Both the position numbers and the translations under genes were made by a program. The notes below the pieces were generated by a model that saw nothing but the letters and a program-made list of their open reading frames with translations, was not told the origin of the DNA and made no database searches. From Eubacteriales bacterium (GTDB lineage: Bacteria; Bacillota; Clostridia; Oscillospirales; CAG-272): a stretch of DNA of 52,855 bases. Of the stretch, positions 29,142 to 38,978 are shown in pieces; the stretch's first letter is position 1; each line of letters begins with the position of its first letter. The stretch covers positions 1 to 52,855 of the forward strand of contig JAZUBZ010000045.1 of the NCBI GenBank assembly GCA_045638805.1. Reading direction: 5' to 3'.

Positions 29142-30590
29142 TTATGCCTCATCGGCGTCAAATACGATATCCTCTTCGGAAATTCTTGTGAAATATCCGC
29201 CGGGGTGCGCTTCTACCATTCCGACGATCTCCAGAACGGCAAGGGAGCTCATAACGTCGCTGACGCTTATTCCCGAGGAAGCAAGCTCATCGGGGAGCGT
29301 AGGCACGTCCGGCTTCATCATGCCGTAGACCTTGATATTTACTTCATCGAGGATATCAAGCTCTGCTCTCGAAAGCACCGTTCCGTGACGCGCTTCGGAG
29401 GTCTTAGGCATCTCGTCTTTTTTTGGGCTTGTCTTTACGGGCTCCGCCAGTCTTCCCATAGTAACGGGTGCGTCAGCATTTTTCTTGTCTGCCCGCTTTA
29501 CCTTCGGAGCCTTTGTTTTTGAGGTAAAGGGCAGTACCTGAGAAAGACTGTCACGTCCGCCGTAGGAGGAGGTACCGTAATAATTCTTGCCGCCGCGGCT
29601 TGAAACTCTCAGCTTTGCAAGGGCGTCTGCGGATTCCGTCTCAACGTCAAGCTTACGCATCGCTCTGCGGTAGGTCTTCATGTTGACACAGTGAGGATAT
29701 ATGAACTCGTATTCAACGAGAACGTCCTCTGCGCTGATGGCGGTGAACACACCGCTTTTTATAAGCTCGTTTACGCCTTCGCTGCCCGGAGCACCTATCT
29801 CACCGGGCATGGCAAAAACATTTCTTCCCTGCACGATGGCGTGCTTTGCAGTAATAAGTGCACCGCTTGTACAGTTACCTTCAACGATAACGCTTCCCGA
29901 GGAAAGACCGCTGATAATTCTGTTTCGCTGAGGAAAATGGTGTTTTATCGGTCTTGTTCCGGGAGGATACTCCGACACGATGGCGCCGTTTTTCAGTATG
30001 GTGTCGTAAAGGCAGGCGTGATCCTTCGGGTAGATAACGTCAACTCCGCACCCGAGCACAGCTATAGTGCGTCCACCGCCGCTAACTGCACCGCAAAGAG
30101 CCGCACCGTCACAGCCGAGAGCCATACCGCTTACGACGATCGCTCCGCCTGCGGCGAGGCCGTAACCCATAGCGTATGAGTTTCTTCGTCCAGCCTCACT
30201 CATGGTACGTGTCCCCACAACGGATACGCAGAGGACATCGTTCATCTCGGGAAGTCTTCCCTTGACGTACAGCACCATGGGAGCGTTCCTGAGGGACCTG
30301 AGGTTATGCGGATAATCTCTGTCAGTCGGCACCAGCACTCGCTGACCTGCCTTAGCGGCTTCTTCAAGAATACGCTCCGCATCCGACGTGTCACGGTTTT
30401 CAAGAAGCAGCTTCGCCTTCTTTGCTTCACGGTCCGTGAACATACCCTCTTTAAGTGAATCTATGTCAGAAGGATCTATACCGTGTACCGCAGATGCGTT
30501 GCCGAAGGCATTTACAAGCTTTACCGCAAGCTCACTGCCGTACCCGAGAGTCTCTGCAAGCCATATCCAATATATCCTATAGTCTTTCAT
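29142..30590 (-). CDS. dprA: DNA-processing protein DprA
   Basis: VVGTR, VSGMALGCD, FPQRNRIISGLS, SGALITA; long C-terminal extension. Confidence 0.95.
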   Translation of the reverse strand: MKDYRIYWIWLAETLGYGSELAVKLVNAFGNASAVHGIDPSDIDSLKEGMFTDREAKKAKLLLENRDTSDAERILEEAAKAGQRVLVPTDRDYPHNLRSLRNAPMVLYVKGRLPEMNDVLCVSVVGTRTMSEAGRRNSYAMGYGLAAGGAIVVSGMALGCDGAALCGAVSGGGRTIAVLGCGVDVIYPKDHACLYDTILKNGAIVSEYPPGTRPIKHHFPQRNRIISGLSSGSVIVEGNCTSGALITAKHAIVQGRNVFAMPGEIGAPGSEGVNELIKSGVFTAISAEDVLVEYEFIYPHCVNMKTYRRAMRKLDVETESADALAKLRVSSRGGKNYYGTSSYGGRDSLSQVLPFTSKTKAPKVKRADKKNADAPVTMGRLAEPVKTSPKKDEMPKTSEARHGTVLSRAELDILDEVNIKVYGMMKPDVPTLPDELASSGISVSDVMSSLAVLEIVGMVEAHPGGYFTRISEEDIVFDADEA

Positions 30591-30632
30591 CGTTTACTCC
30601 AAAATCAGCACGGGCACGTGACCCGCACCCCA

Positions 30633-31448
30633 TTACTTTTTGCCTCTCGCGTACTCCCACAGAATAACGGAGGCGGCAACGGAGGCGTTAAGGCTTTCCG
30701 TATCCTCCTCCATGGGGATAAGAAGAGAGCTTGAGCATTCAGCCATGATCTCGGGGGAAATGCCGTGCCCCTCGTTACCGATAACGATAACGTCACGTCC
30801 GTCTGTTTCATACGCACCGAGCTTCAGGCTGTCGTCGGTCAGAGCCGCCGCAAACACCCGTCGCCCCGCGCTTCTGCATTTTCTTATATATTCCACACCG
30901 TCATGTGACAGTATAATATCCGTCTTAAAAACAGCTCCCATCGCCGCGCGGACCGTTTTGGGATTATAAAGGTCGGCACAGGAATGAAGCACCACCCGTA
31001 CGCCTCCCAGCGCGCAGGCACTTCTGAGTATGGTACCTAAGTTACCTGGATCTCTGATACTGTCAAGAAAAAGTATCACGCCGCAATCGTCAGAATCCTC
31101 CGCAGAGGCGAGGTTTGAATGGACAACTGCGATAATACCCTGAGGAGCCTTTTCCGTAGTTATCTTTTCAAATGCGCTGTCGGAGAGAACGAACACGTCC
31201 GCACAACTGTCCTTTATCTTCAAGACAGTTTCAAGCAGAGAGTCAGCAGAGCTTTCGCGCACGTACACCTCGGAAAGTCTGCACCACACGGCAGCCTCAA
31301 GTGTCAGCTTTACACCCTCGCAAAGGAATTTTCCCGTGTTCTCGCGGTGTTTTTTATCCGCAAGCTTGGCAGCCCCCACTACTCGCGCGTTCTGTCTCGA
31401 CGCTATATACGGCACTTCTGTACCGTCTTTAAAAACAAATCTTTCCAT
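30633..31448 (-). CDS. TrmH/SpoU family RNA methyltransferase
   Basis: DPGNLGTILRSA, IGNEGHGIS, ESLNASVA. Confidence 0.93.
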   Translation of the reverse strand: MERFVFKDGTEVPYIASRQNARVVGAAKLADKKHRENTGKFLCEGVKLTLEAAVWCRLSEVYVRESSADSLLETVLKIKDSCADVFVLSDSAFEKITTEKAPQGIIAVVHSNLASAEDSDDCGVILFLDSIRDPGNLGTILRSACALGGVRVVLHSCADLYNPKTVRAAMGAVFKTDIILSHDGVEYIRKCRSAGRRVFAAALTDDSLKLGAYETDGRDVIVIGNEGHGISPEIMAECSSSLLIPMEEDTESLNASVAASVILWEYARGKK

Positions 31449-31529
31449 ACAAATTCGTAAAAATAAATCAAAAATTACGGGATTTACCACGCTTCAAGGC
31501 TCGTTCAAACAAGCCTTGAAAAATGCAAC

Positions 31530-31559
31530 GAGGCTATCACGCATACGCGTGATAGCCTT
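31530..31559 (-). terminator. Hairpin/terminator after rplT
   Basis: AGGCTATCACGC-atac-GCGTGATAGCCT. Confidence 0.7.
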
Positions 31560-31571
31560 ATTATTAATTCA

Positions 31572-31925
31572 TTAGAGAGCAGCCTTAGCGAGCTCTACGA
31601 TATTAGCAAATGCTTCCTTGTCGTTTACTGCGATCTCAGCGAGCATCTTACGGTTGAGGTTGATGCCAGCCTTCTTGAGACCGTGCATAAGCTGAGAGTA
31701 GTTGATACCGCATACCTTTGCCTGAGCAGAGATACGAGTGATCCAGAGAGCACGGAAGTCTCTCTTCTTCTGCTTACGGCCGATATAAGCGTAGTTACCG
31801 CTCTTCATTACGGCCTGCTTAGCCATCTTAAAATGCTTGCTCTTGGAGCCCCAATAACCCTTAGCAGCCTTGAGGATTCTATTTCTTCTCTTGCGCGTCA
31901 TCATTGCGCCCTTTACTCTTGCCAT
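31572..31925 (-). CDS. rplT: 50S ribosomal protein L20
   Basis: MARVKG...AKGYWG...[13 protein letters not shown]...[10 protein letters not shown]. Confidence 0.98.
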   Translation of the reverse strand: MARVKGAMMTRKRRNRILKAAKGYWGSKSKHFKMAKQAVMKSGNYAYIGRKQKKRDFRALWITRISAQAKVCGINYSQLMHGLKKAGINLNRKMLAEIAVNDKEAFANIVELAKAAL

Positions 31926-31958
31926 CTTTCGTTACATCCTTTCTTTCGTATGTTCTGA

Positions 31959-32156
31959 TTAGTCCTGACCGATGAGTCTCTTGATGTTAGCAGTCATTGC
32001 CTTGCTGAGGATCTGGCTGCTGCGGAGATGTCTCTTTCTCTTAGCTGTCTTCTGGTTGAGATTGTGACGGTGATCGGAGTGATATGCCTTTACCTTACCT
32101 GTTCCGGTAACAGAGAATCTCTTGGCGGATGCCTTGTGTGTCTTGATCTTTCCCAT
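31959..32156 (-). CDS. rpmI: 50S ribosomal protein L35
   Basis: [17 protein letters not shown]; lies between infC and rplT. Confidence 0.97.
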   Translation of the reverse strand: MGKIKTHKASAKRFSVTGTGKVKAYHSDHRHNLNQKTAKRKRHLRSSQILSKAMTANIKRLIGQD

Positions 32157-32236
32157 TGTTTTATATCCTTTCGGTTATTATATTTCCGTATATACGGTGG
32201 CACGGTTTCCCGCGGTGTGACCTTCGCGAAACTGCC

Positions 32237-32761
32237 TTATTTTGACTGATTCTTAACGGGCGCGATAAACATAGTAAGCTGACGTCCCTCAAGGGTAGGC
32301 TTCTTGTCAACGTTTCCGAATTCTGAGCAAGCCTCAGCAAATCTGCTGAGCATCTCACGGCCAAGCTCCTGGTGCGCGATCTCGCGTCCCTTGAAGCGGA
32401 GGCAAACTCTTACCTTGTTTCCGTCTGCGAGGAACTTTTTCGCACGGTTAGCCTTGGTCTCAAAGTCATGTGTGTCGATTCTGCAGGAAAGCTGAACCTC
32501 CTTGACTTCCATTGTCTGCTGCTTCTTCTTAGCCTCTTTTTCTCTCTTGTCCTGTTCATAGCAGTACTTACCGTAGTCCATTGCACGGCAAACCGGAGGC
32601 TTAGCCGTAGGAGCGATCATGACAAGGTCAAGATCACGGTCGTATGCATATGTCTTGGCTGAATCAAGGTCCATGATACCGAGCTGTTCGCCGTTCTCAT
32701 CGAGCATGCGGACTTCCTTTGCTCTGATATCATCGTTAATGTGCAGTTCTTTTGCGCTTAT
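32237..32761 (-). CDS. infC: Translation initiation factor IF-3 (ATA start)
   Basis: IN..IRAKEVR, DLDLV, PPVCRAMDYGK, RFKGRE; RBS GGAGGTG is 7 nt before ATA at 32761. Confidence 0.96.
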   Translation of the reverse strand: MSAKELHINDDIRAKEVRMLDENGEQLGIMDLDSAKTYAYDRDLDLVMIAPTAKPPVCRAMDYGKYCYEQDKREKEAKKKQQTMEVKEVQLSCRIDTHDFETKANRAKKFLADGNKVRVCLRFKGREIAHQELGREMLSRFAEACSEFGNVDKKPTLEGRQLTMFIAPVKNQSK

Positions 32762-32782
32762 GGTCAAGCACCTCCAAATCAA

Positions 32783-32930
32783 TAAAAAACGTGCCGGAAC
32801 ACACGTCCCCGCACTACGTCACCCAAAACGAACATATATTAATGTAACATAATGCCCGATTCGGTAATGTATTGACCGTACGCGCCCTGCGGCACGGTGA
32901 GAACGGAGTTGTGTTCTGCTTCTTTGTGTA
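32783..32930 (-). ncRNA. L20 ribosomal protein leader (cis-regulatory RNA)
   Basis: Leader begins AAGAAGCAGAACACAACTCCGTTCTCACC, which matches the remembered L20_leader 5' motif. It ends in terminator GTGCGGGGAC..GTTCCGGCACGTTTTTT before infC. Confidence 0.8.
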
Positions 32931-32937
32931 CTGGCAT

Positions 32938-32966
32938 ATTATACCCTATCCTCCCCCGTTTGTCAA
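32938..32966 (-). promoter_or_regulatory. Consensus sigmaA promoter of the infC operon
   Basis: TTGACA-N17-TATAAT. Confidence 0.88.
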
Positions 32967-33115
32967 CACCTTTTTGAAATTTTTTCGATTTTTTTTAAAG
33001 GACGCAAAAAATGTTTTCCGACGCCTTGATTTTAGCTCCGCGAAATAGTATAATAGTATTTGTATAAGTATATCATTTTGCCATACGGCTTAAAAACAAC
33101 GGAGCGTGAGAGTAT

Positions 33116-33604
33116 ATGAACAGAGTTTCAAAGCACAATTACTACCTTGACATCGCGCAGACTGTTTCCGAAAGATCCACCTGTCTCAGAAAGAGATACG
33201 GTGCTATCATAGTTAAGAACGACGTTATCATCTCAACCGGCTACAACGGTGCCCCCCGCGGAAGAAAAAACTGCACCGACATCGGCTCTTGCATGAGAGA
33301 TACACTCGGTATCCCCCGCGGCGAGAGATACGAACTTTGCCGTTCAGTTCACGCGGAGGCAAACGCCATCATAGCCGCATCCCGCGAGCATATGCTCGGT
33401 TCAACTCTGTATATGTGCTGTACCGATCCGAAGGATGCGAGTGTTATAGGCGGTGTCTGCTCATGCATGATGTGTAAGCGTCAGGTCATCAACGCAGGCA
33501 TCAAGGAGGTCATCATCCGCGAAGACAGCGAGAACTTCACCGTATATAACGTTGAGGACTGGATAGAGAACGACGACAGTCTCAGCGGCAAGTTCGGATA
33601 TTAA
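33116..33604 (+). CDS. dCMP deaminase family protein
   Basis: RSTC, TGYNGAP, HAEANA, CMMC zinc motif. Confidence 0.92.
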   Translation: MNRVSKHNYYLDIAQTVSERSTCLRKRYGAIIVKNDVIISTGYNGAPRGRKNCTDIGSCMRDTLGIPRGERYELCRSVHAEANAIIAASREHMLGSTLYMCCTDPKDASVIGGVCSCMMCKRQVINAGIKEVIIREDSENFTVYNVEDWIENDDSLSGKFGY

Positions 33605-33622
33605 CTCGGGAGATGACGGAAA

Positions 33623-34132
33623 ATGTCAGATTTTGAAGCTGTACTCTGCGAAGAAAAAGCAGAATGCGCCGAAAACAAGAAAAAACTTGTTTTCGTATGC
33701 ACGGGAAACACCTGCCGCTCTCCCATGGCAGCAGCACTTTACAATCATCTTTTCGAAAACGGTGAATTTGTCGCCTCATCTGCGGGACTTTACGCAGACG
33801 GCTCACCAATTTCGGCAAAGGCGTCGGATGCGCTGATGGAAAGAGGTGTGCTTCCCACTCCGTCAAACGATTACAGACACCACTTATCGAGAAGCCTTGA
33901 TGAAAAGATCATCCGCGAGGCAGACCTGATAGTGGGCATAAGCGGTTCCCACGCTATGGAGATCATGTTCCGCTACCCTGCCCACGCTTCAAAGATCGCC
34001 GTACTTAGCGAGGATGTGCCCGACCCATACGGCGGTGACGCGGATGTATACCGCGCGTGCCTTAATATGTTAGAGCGCATACTTACCAAATCTTTCGACG
34101 GAAAAAGCGTGGAGGCTACAGACGGTGAATAA
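33623..34132 (+). CDS. Low-molecular-weight protein tyrosine/arginine phosphatase
   Basis: FVCTGNTCRSPMA P-loop, DPYGG. Confidence 0.92.
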   Translation: MSDFEAVLCEEKAECAENKKKLVFVCTGNTCRSPMAAALYNHLFENGEFVASSAGLYADGSPISAKASDALMERGVLPTPSNDYRHHLSRSLDEKIIREADLIVGISGSHAMEIMFRYPAHASKIAVLSEDVPDPYGGDADVYRACLNMLERILTKSFDGKSVEATDGE

Positions 34133-34586
34133 GATAAAAATACGTCCCTGCTCTGCAGAAGACGTACCTTCTGTAGCGGCTATTGAAAAAGCCGCGTTCT
34201 CCGATCCGTGGAGTGAAGACTCTCTTATCGGCATGACAGACAGTGGATACTACCACCTCTTATGCGCCGAGGACGGAAAAGAGGTATGCGGATATATTAC
34301 AGCATCCTCCGTTGCGGGAGAGAGTGAGATACTCCGTATAGCGGTATCCGAATGCCACAGAAGACGGGGCATCGGTGCTTCCCTGCTCGACTTCTTTATA
34401 AAGGAACGTACCCATGCGGGGGACTGTGAATTTTTCCTTGAGGTACGCGCGTCAAACGCGCCTGCCATAGGTCTTTACACGTCCCGCGGATTTGAAGTCT
34501 GCGGAAAGCGGGCGAATTACTACAAATGTCCCACGGAGGACGCCGTGCTTATGAAGCTTAGTACCGTCTCCTCTGCGGATCTATGA
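34125..34586 (+). CDS. rimI: Ribosomal-protein-alanine N-acetyltransferase RimI
   Basis: IEKAAFSDPWS, RRRGIG, LEVRASN..AIGLY..GF..RANYY...EDA..M; upstream of tsaD. Confidence 0.9.
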   Translation: MNKIKIRPCSAEDVPSVAAIEKAAFSDPWSEDSLIGMTDSGYYHLLCAEDGKEVCGYITASSVAGESEILRIAVSECHRRRGIGASLLDFFIKERTHAGDCEFFLEVRASNAPAIGLYTSRGFEVCGKRANYYKCPTEDAVLMKLSTVSSADL

Positions 34587-34610
34587 CAAAATGCGAAAGG
34601 TCACTTATTT

Positions 34611-35708
34611 ATGCTGATTTTAGGAATAGAAAGCTCCTGCGACGACACCGCCGCATCCCTTCTTAAGCTTAGCGAAGGCGAAAACGGCGCACCTGAGTTA
34701 AAACTACTTTCAAACGTGGTGTCGTCTCAGACAAAGATACACGCGGAATACGGCGGAGTAGTGCCGGAGATCGCCAGCCGCTGTCACGCGGAAAACATAT
34801 CAAAGGTAGTACGCGGCGCCTTAGCTGAGGGCGGAAAATGTTTTTCCGACATCGACGCCGTTGCCGTTACCTTTGCCCCCGGACTGATCGGCTCACTTCT
34901 TGTGGGCGTCAGCTACGCAAAATCTCTTTCCTCAGCTCTCGGTGTTCCGATAATCCCCGTCGACCACATAGAGGCTCACGCTGCAGCGGCATATCTTCAG
35001 TATCCCGACATCACGGGTGACTACCTTGCGCTTATCGTATCCGGCGGTCACACATCCTTCTATGAAGTAAAAGATTACGCTTTTGAGGAGATCGGCGGCA
35101 CACGCGACGACGCTTGCGGTGAGGCTTTCGATAAGGTAGGACGCGTTATGGGTCTGCCTTACCCCGGAGGTGCGGCTATGGACCGTCTTGCAGCGGAAGG
35201 CTTTAAGAGAGACGCTTACAAGAGCATAAAATTTCCATCCCCTGCCATGAACGACGGTACGTTGGAGTTTTCGTTCAGCGGACTCAAAACGGCGGTCATC
35301 AACCACATCCACAAGCTGACTCAGCAGCTGAAGCTTTCCCACGGAAGCGAGCTTCCGTGTGAGATAAAGGAAGACATCGCCGCAGCGTTTACAAAAGTAA
35401 CGGTGGACGGCATATGCTCAAAGCTTGCAGACGCGCTTAAGACGTCGAAGGTAAGCCACCTCGTCCTTGCAGGCGGTGTTGCCGCAAACTCTCATCTGAG
35501 AGCGGGCGTCACCGAGGTTTGTAAGAAGCACGGCACGACAGCCGCTATCCCCTCTATGGCTCTTTGCGGAGACAACGGTGCTATGACCGCGGCGGCAGGC
35601 GCGATGCTGTTTAGAGCGGGTATCACAGCAGATTCTTCAATGAACGCCTTCGCATCCGACGAAGGTTCAAAGGCGTATCTCGATTCACTGCGTAAAAAGC
35701 TGAAATAA
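34611..35708 (+). CDS. tsaD: tRNA t6A threonylcarbamoyltransferase TsaD
   Basis: LGIESSCDDT, GGVVPEIASR.H, HIEAH, SGGHT, GEAFDK, GGVAAN, DNGAM. Confidence 0.97.
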   Translation: MLILGIESSCDDTAASLLKLSEGENGAPELKLLSNVVSSQTKIHAEYGGVVPEIASRCHAENISKVVRGALAEGGKCFSDIDAVAVTFAPGLIGSLLVGVSYAKSLSSALGVPIIPVDHIEAHAAAAYLQYPDITGDYLALIVSGGHTSFYEVKDYAFEEIGGTRDDACGEAFDKVGRVMGLPYPGGAAMDRLAAEGFKRDAYKSIKFPSPAMNDGTLEFSFSGLKTAVINHIHKLTQQLKLSHGSELPCEIKEDIAAAFTKVTVDGICSKLADALKTSKVSHLVLAGGVAANSHLRAGVTEVCKKHGTTAAIPSMALCGDNGAMTAAAGAMLFRAGITADSSMNAFASDEGSKAYLDSLRKKLK

Positions 35709-35764
35709 GTACTTTTCCGCACCGTTATAGACGGATTTCTCAAACATTTTGAATTTCGTCTAAG

Positions 35765-35976
35765 TTTTCAACATAGGTTTTCAACAGGGTGTTGAAAACT
35801 TTTGGTTTTTTCCACAGGCAAATATATCCATGTACATTATGGGAATGTCGAAAATACATTTTTCCTTGTATTTCAAGGAAAATCGGATCTCAACAAGTTT
35901 TCGATAGACATTTGCATAATCTTCTTTTTGCATTTACAAAATGACATTTCCCATGGTAAAACTCACGTTTTCCACA
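35765..35976. promoter_or_regulatory. Cluster of DnaA-box-like 9-mers
   Basis: TTTTCAACA at 35765 and 35778, inverted TGTTGAAAA at 35790, TTTTCCACA at 35808 and 35968, in an AT-rich intergenic region. Confidence 0.65.
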
Positions 35977-36036
35977 TATTATTGTCTAAAACACTAATTA
36001 TTACCAACGGAGGTACGGGCTCTGCCCGAAGTATAG

Positions 36037-37071
36037 ATGAAAATAGCTCCAATCTACAACAGCAGTGCTTTCATCGTCCCCACTTCCGTCCTCGACCGTC
36101 TTGCAGATGCCGACAGAGACGTTCTTGTCTGTCTTCTGTACGTACTTGCAAATCCCGATTTCAGCATAAGCTCGGCATCAGCAAAGCTGGGTATCGACGA
36201 GGCTGATTTTATAACAGCTCTCAGATTTTGGGAGGATGCGGGAATTATCGAAACAAAGAGCCGCGGAAGGGGAAAAACAAAAACGGACGATGACGCAAAA
36301 ATAAAAAAGAAATCTCCCACCCACAATGATAGCTCTACAGCAAAGCGCCGCATGACTTCCCGTCTGCCAGCTTACACCACCGACGAGGTGGCAAGATTTT
36401 TAGAGCAGAATGCATCAACAGCAGAGCTTATCGACACCTGCGAGAACATACTGGGTAAGATATTCACAACAGCCGAGACTGAGATCGTAATAGGAATGCT
36501 CGATCACCTTTCACTCTCGGAAGATTACATAATGCTTCTTTTCGCACACGCCGTAAAGATCGACAAAAAGAGCGTGAGATATATTGAAAAGATGGCTCTC
36601 GGTTTCGTTGACCGCGACATCACGAAATACAGCGAGCTTGAATCCGAGCTTGCCTCAGCCGAGGCAGTTGAAAGCAGCATCCATCACGTGAGAAGCCTTT
36701 TCGGTATCGGTTCCCGCACACTGACGTCAAAGGAAAAGGCAATGATAAAAGACTGGTGCGTCAACTGGGGCTTTTCCGACGAGATAATTACAAAGGCTTA
36801 CGAGATCACCGCAAACGCAACGGGAGAGGCTTCCCTCAGCTATGCCAACGCGATACTCGAGAACTGGCACAACGCGGGACTCAAAACCATAGAAGAGATA
36901 GAAGCATACTCCGCCGAATTCGATAAAAAGAAAAAGAACGGTAAGTATACCAAAAAGAAGGGCAGCACAGCCACACCCTTCGAGTCAAGCTTTGACACAG
37001 ACGACTTTTTCGAGGCGGCACTTCGCCGTTCATACGATGAGGCTGAAAAAATAACGGATAGTACCGATTAA
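36037..37071 (+). CDS. DnaD/DnaB-domain replication protein
   Basis: Two DnaD-like C-terminal repeats (YIEKMALGF; YANAILENWHNAGLKT); N-terminal wHTH-like segment. Confidence 0.85.
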   Translation: MKIAPIYNSSAFIVPTSVLDRLADADRDVLVCLLYVLANPDFSISSASAKLGIDEADFITALRFWEDAGIIETKSRGRGKTKTDDDAKIKKKSPTHNDSSTAKRRMTSRLPAYTTDEVARFLEQNASTAELIDTCENILGKIFTTAETEIVIGMLDHLSLSEDYIMLLFAHAVKIDKKSVRYIEKMALGFVDRDITKYSELESELASAEAVESSIHHVRSLFGIGSRTLTSKEKAMIKDWCVNWGFSDEIITKAYEITANATGEASLSYANAILENWHNAGLKTIEEIEAYSAEFDKKKKNGKYTKKKGSTATPFESSFDTDDFFEAALRRSYDEAEKITDSTD

Positions 37072-37081
37072 GGGGTTTGGT

Positions 37082-38044
37082 ATGGCATACAGCAGAGAGA
37101 ATCTGAAAAAGGTAAGCGAACTGCTTGCCTCCCGCCGACAGGAAGCGATCGCAGAGCATCAGAAAAGACAGAACAGCTTTTCTGCTATCTGTCCTGAAAT
37201 GCGAGGTATTGAGGCAAGTCTTGCCGCAACCGGTACCAAGATAATGGCAGCGGCTATGTCACATTCGCTGACAGACGAGCTTCTCGCTGAGATAAGAGAT
37301 GAAAACAAAAGGCTGAGACGTGAAAAGTCAATGCTTCTCGTCTCCCGCGGTTTCCCCGCAGACTGGCTTGACATAAAATACACCTGCGAAAAATGCTCCG
37401 ACACGGGATACGTGGGTATCGATATGTGCGAATGCATGAAGCGCGAGCTTACTCTTGCGGGATTTGCAAGTTCAGGTCTTTCCATGCTCATCGACAAACA
37501 GTCCTTTGAAAACTTCTCATTTGAATATTATACGGGAGGCGACCTTATCCACATTACTCATGCAAAGAAGTCTTTGAAAAATTTTGCTGAGACATTCGAC
37601 GGCAAAAGCGGCGCGTCATATCTGCTTCTCGGGCCCACGGGACTCGGAAAGACTCATCTTTCTACCTCCGTTGCAAAGGTCGTTATCGAGAAGGGCTATA
37701 ACGTAGTCTACGAAAGCGCACAGGGTATGATCTCTGATTTTGAAGCGGTAAGGTTCGGCAGAGACTACGAAAGCCACCGTGAGGAAAAATATTTCAATTG
37801 CGACTTACTCATCATCGACGATCTTGGCGTTGAAGTTGACAATCAGTTCACCTCCTCTTGCATATACAACGTGTTGACCTCCCGCATAAATAACAGAAGA
37901 TCTACCATAATCAATACAAATCTTTCCCAAAGCGAGTTAAGGGAAAGATATGCAGACAGAATCACCAGCAGACTGTTCGGTGAATATTTCCCTCTCCTTT
38001 TTACGGGAAGGGACATCAGACGTCAGAAAAAAGAAAAAAGATAA
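37082..38044 (+). CDS. DnaC/DnaI-like helicase loader AAA+ ATPase
   Basis: Zinc motif CEKCSDTGY..CEC, Walker A GPTGLGKTHL, LLIIDDLG, NTNL, RITSRL. Confidence 0.9.
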   Translation: MAYSRENLKKVSELLASRRQEAIAEHQKRQNSFSAICPEMRGIEASLAATGTKIMAAAMSHSLTDELLAEIRDENKRLRREKSMLLVSRGFPADWLDIKYTCEKCSDTGYVGIDMCECMKRELTLAGFASSGLSMLIDKQSFENFSFEYYTGGDLIHITHAKKSLKNFAETFDGKSGASYLLLGPTGLGKTHLSTSVAKVVIEKGYNVVYESAQGMISDFEAVRFGRDYESHREEKYFNCDLLIIDDLGVEVDNQFTSSCIYNVLTSRINNRRSTIINTNLSQSELRERYADRITSRLFGEYFPLLFTGRDIRRQKKEKR

Positions 38045-38099
38045 TGCTTCAGCATTATTCGAAACATAAGAAATATTTTCCACAAAGGAGACTTACATT

Positions 38100-38963
38100 A
38101 TGAAAATAGGCGCAATGGTTGAGTCCTTCAGACTCGGTTTCAGAGGAGGCGTTGAAAAGGCGGCGTCTCTCGGTGTTTCGGGAATTCAGGCGTTTGCCAC
38201 AAACGGCGAACTTGCTCCCGAAAAGATGACACGCGAGAAGATCCGCGAGACTCTCGACATCGTTAACTCCAACGGTATCGTATTCTCCGCTCTCTGCGGT
38301 GACTTCGGTTACGGCTTCAACGATCCCGACAAGAACGCATATTATATTGAAAAGTCCAAGCGTGTGCTTGACCTTTCTCTTGAGCTTGGATGCGGTATCG
38401 TAACCACTCACGTGGCTCACATCGCAGGCGAGGATCCCTCTAAGGTAGAGATCCTAAGAACCGCATGCCGCGAGCTTGCTGAATATGCAGATTCCGTCGG
38501 TGCATACTTCGCCATCGAAACGGGCGGTGACCGCGGCTGTGTGCTTGGTCCCTTCCTTGACAGTCTCGGCGCGCAGGGTCTTCGCGTAAACTTCGACCCC
38601 GCAAACCTTGTTATGTGTCAGGACGACCGCCCCGAGGAAGCGCTCAAGTATCTTGGTAAGTATGTCGTACATACCCACGCCAAGGACGGCGTAATGCTGA
38701 AGAAGAGAGTTGAGGGCAAGGTTGACGTTGAGCTTGACGAAGAGGCTAAGAAGCACAAGGCAATGCTTGAGATGGGTCACAGCTACCTTGAGATGCCTCT
38801 CGGCACAGGTGACGTAAACTTTGATGTATACCTCCCTGCACTTAAGGCTACCGGCTTTGACGGTTACCTTACCATTGAGCGCGAGGTAGGTGCAGACCCC
38901 ACAGCGGACATCGCTATGGCTGTAGGCTTCCTCCGTGACAAGATCGCAAAGTTTGATCTTTGA
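38100..38963 (+). CDS. Sugar phosphate isomerase/epimerase (xylose isomerase-like TIM barrel)
   Basis: AIETG, NFDPANL, HTHAKDG, LG.GDV, LTIERE. Confidence 0.9.
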   Translation: MKIGAMVESFRLGFRGGVEKAASLGVSGIQAFATNGELAPEKMTREKIRETLDIVNSNGIVFSALCGDFGYGFNDPDKNAYYIEKSKRVLDLSLELGCGIVTTHVAHIAGEDPSKVEILRTACRELAEYADSVGAYFAIETGGDRGCVLGPFLDSLGAQGLRVNFDPANLVMCQDDRPEEALKYLGKYVVHTHAKDGVMLKKRVEGKVDVELDEEAKKHKAMLEMGHSYLEMPLGTGDVNFDVYLPALKATGFDGYLTIEREVGADPTADIAMAVGFLRDKIAKFDL

Positions 38964-38978
38964 TTGAGGACATAAGTT

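Noticed and set aside
32900-36040. oriC suggested by the minus-to-plus gene orientation flip plus DnaA boxes
   Set aside because: No dnaA/dnaN/gid context. Spot checks suggest the plus strand stays C>=G on both sides, so no obvious skew inversion. Retained only as a DnaA-box cluster.
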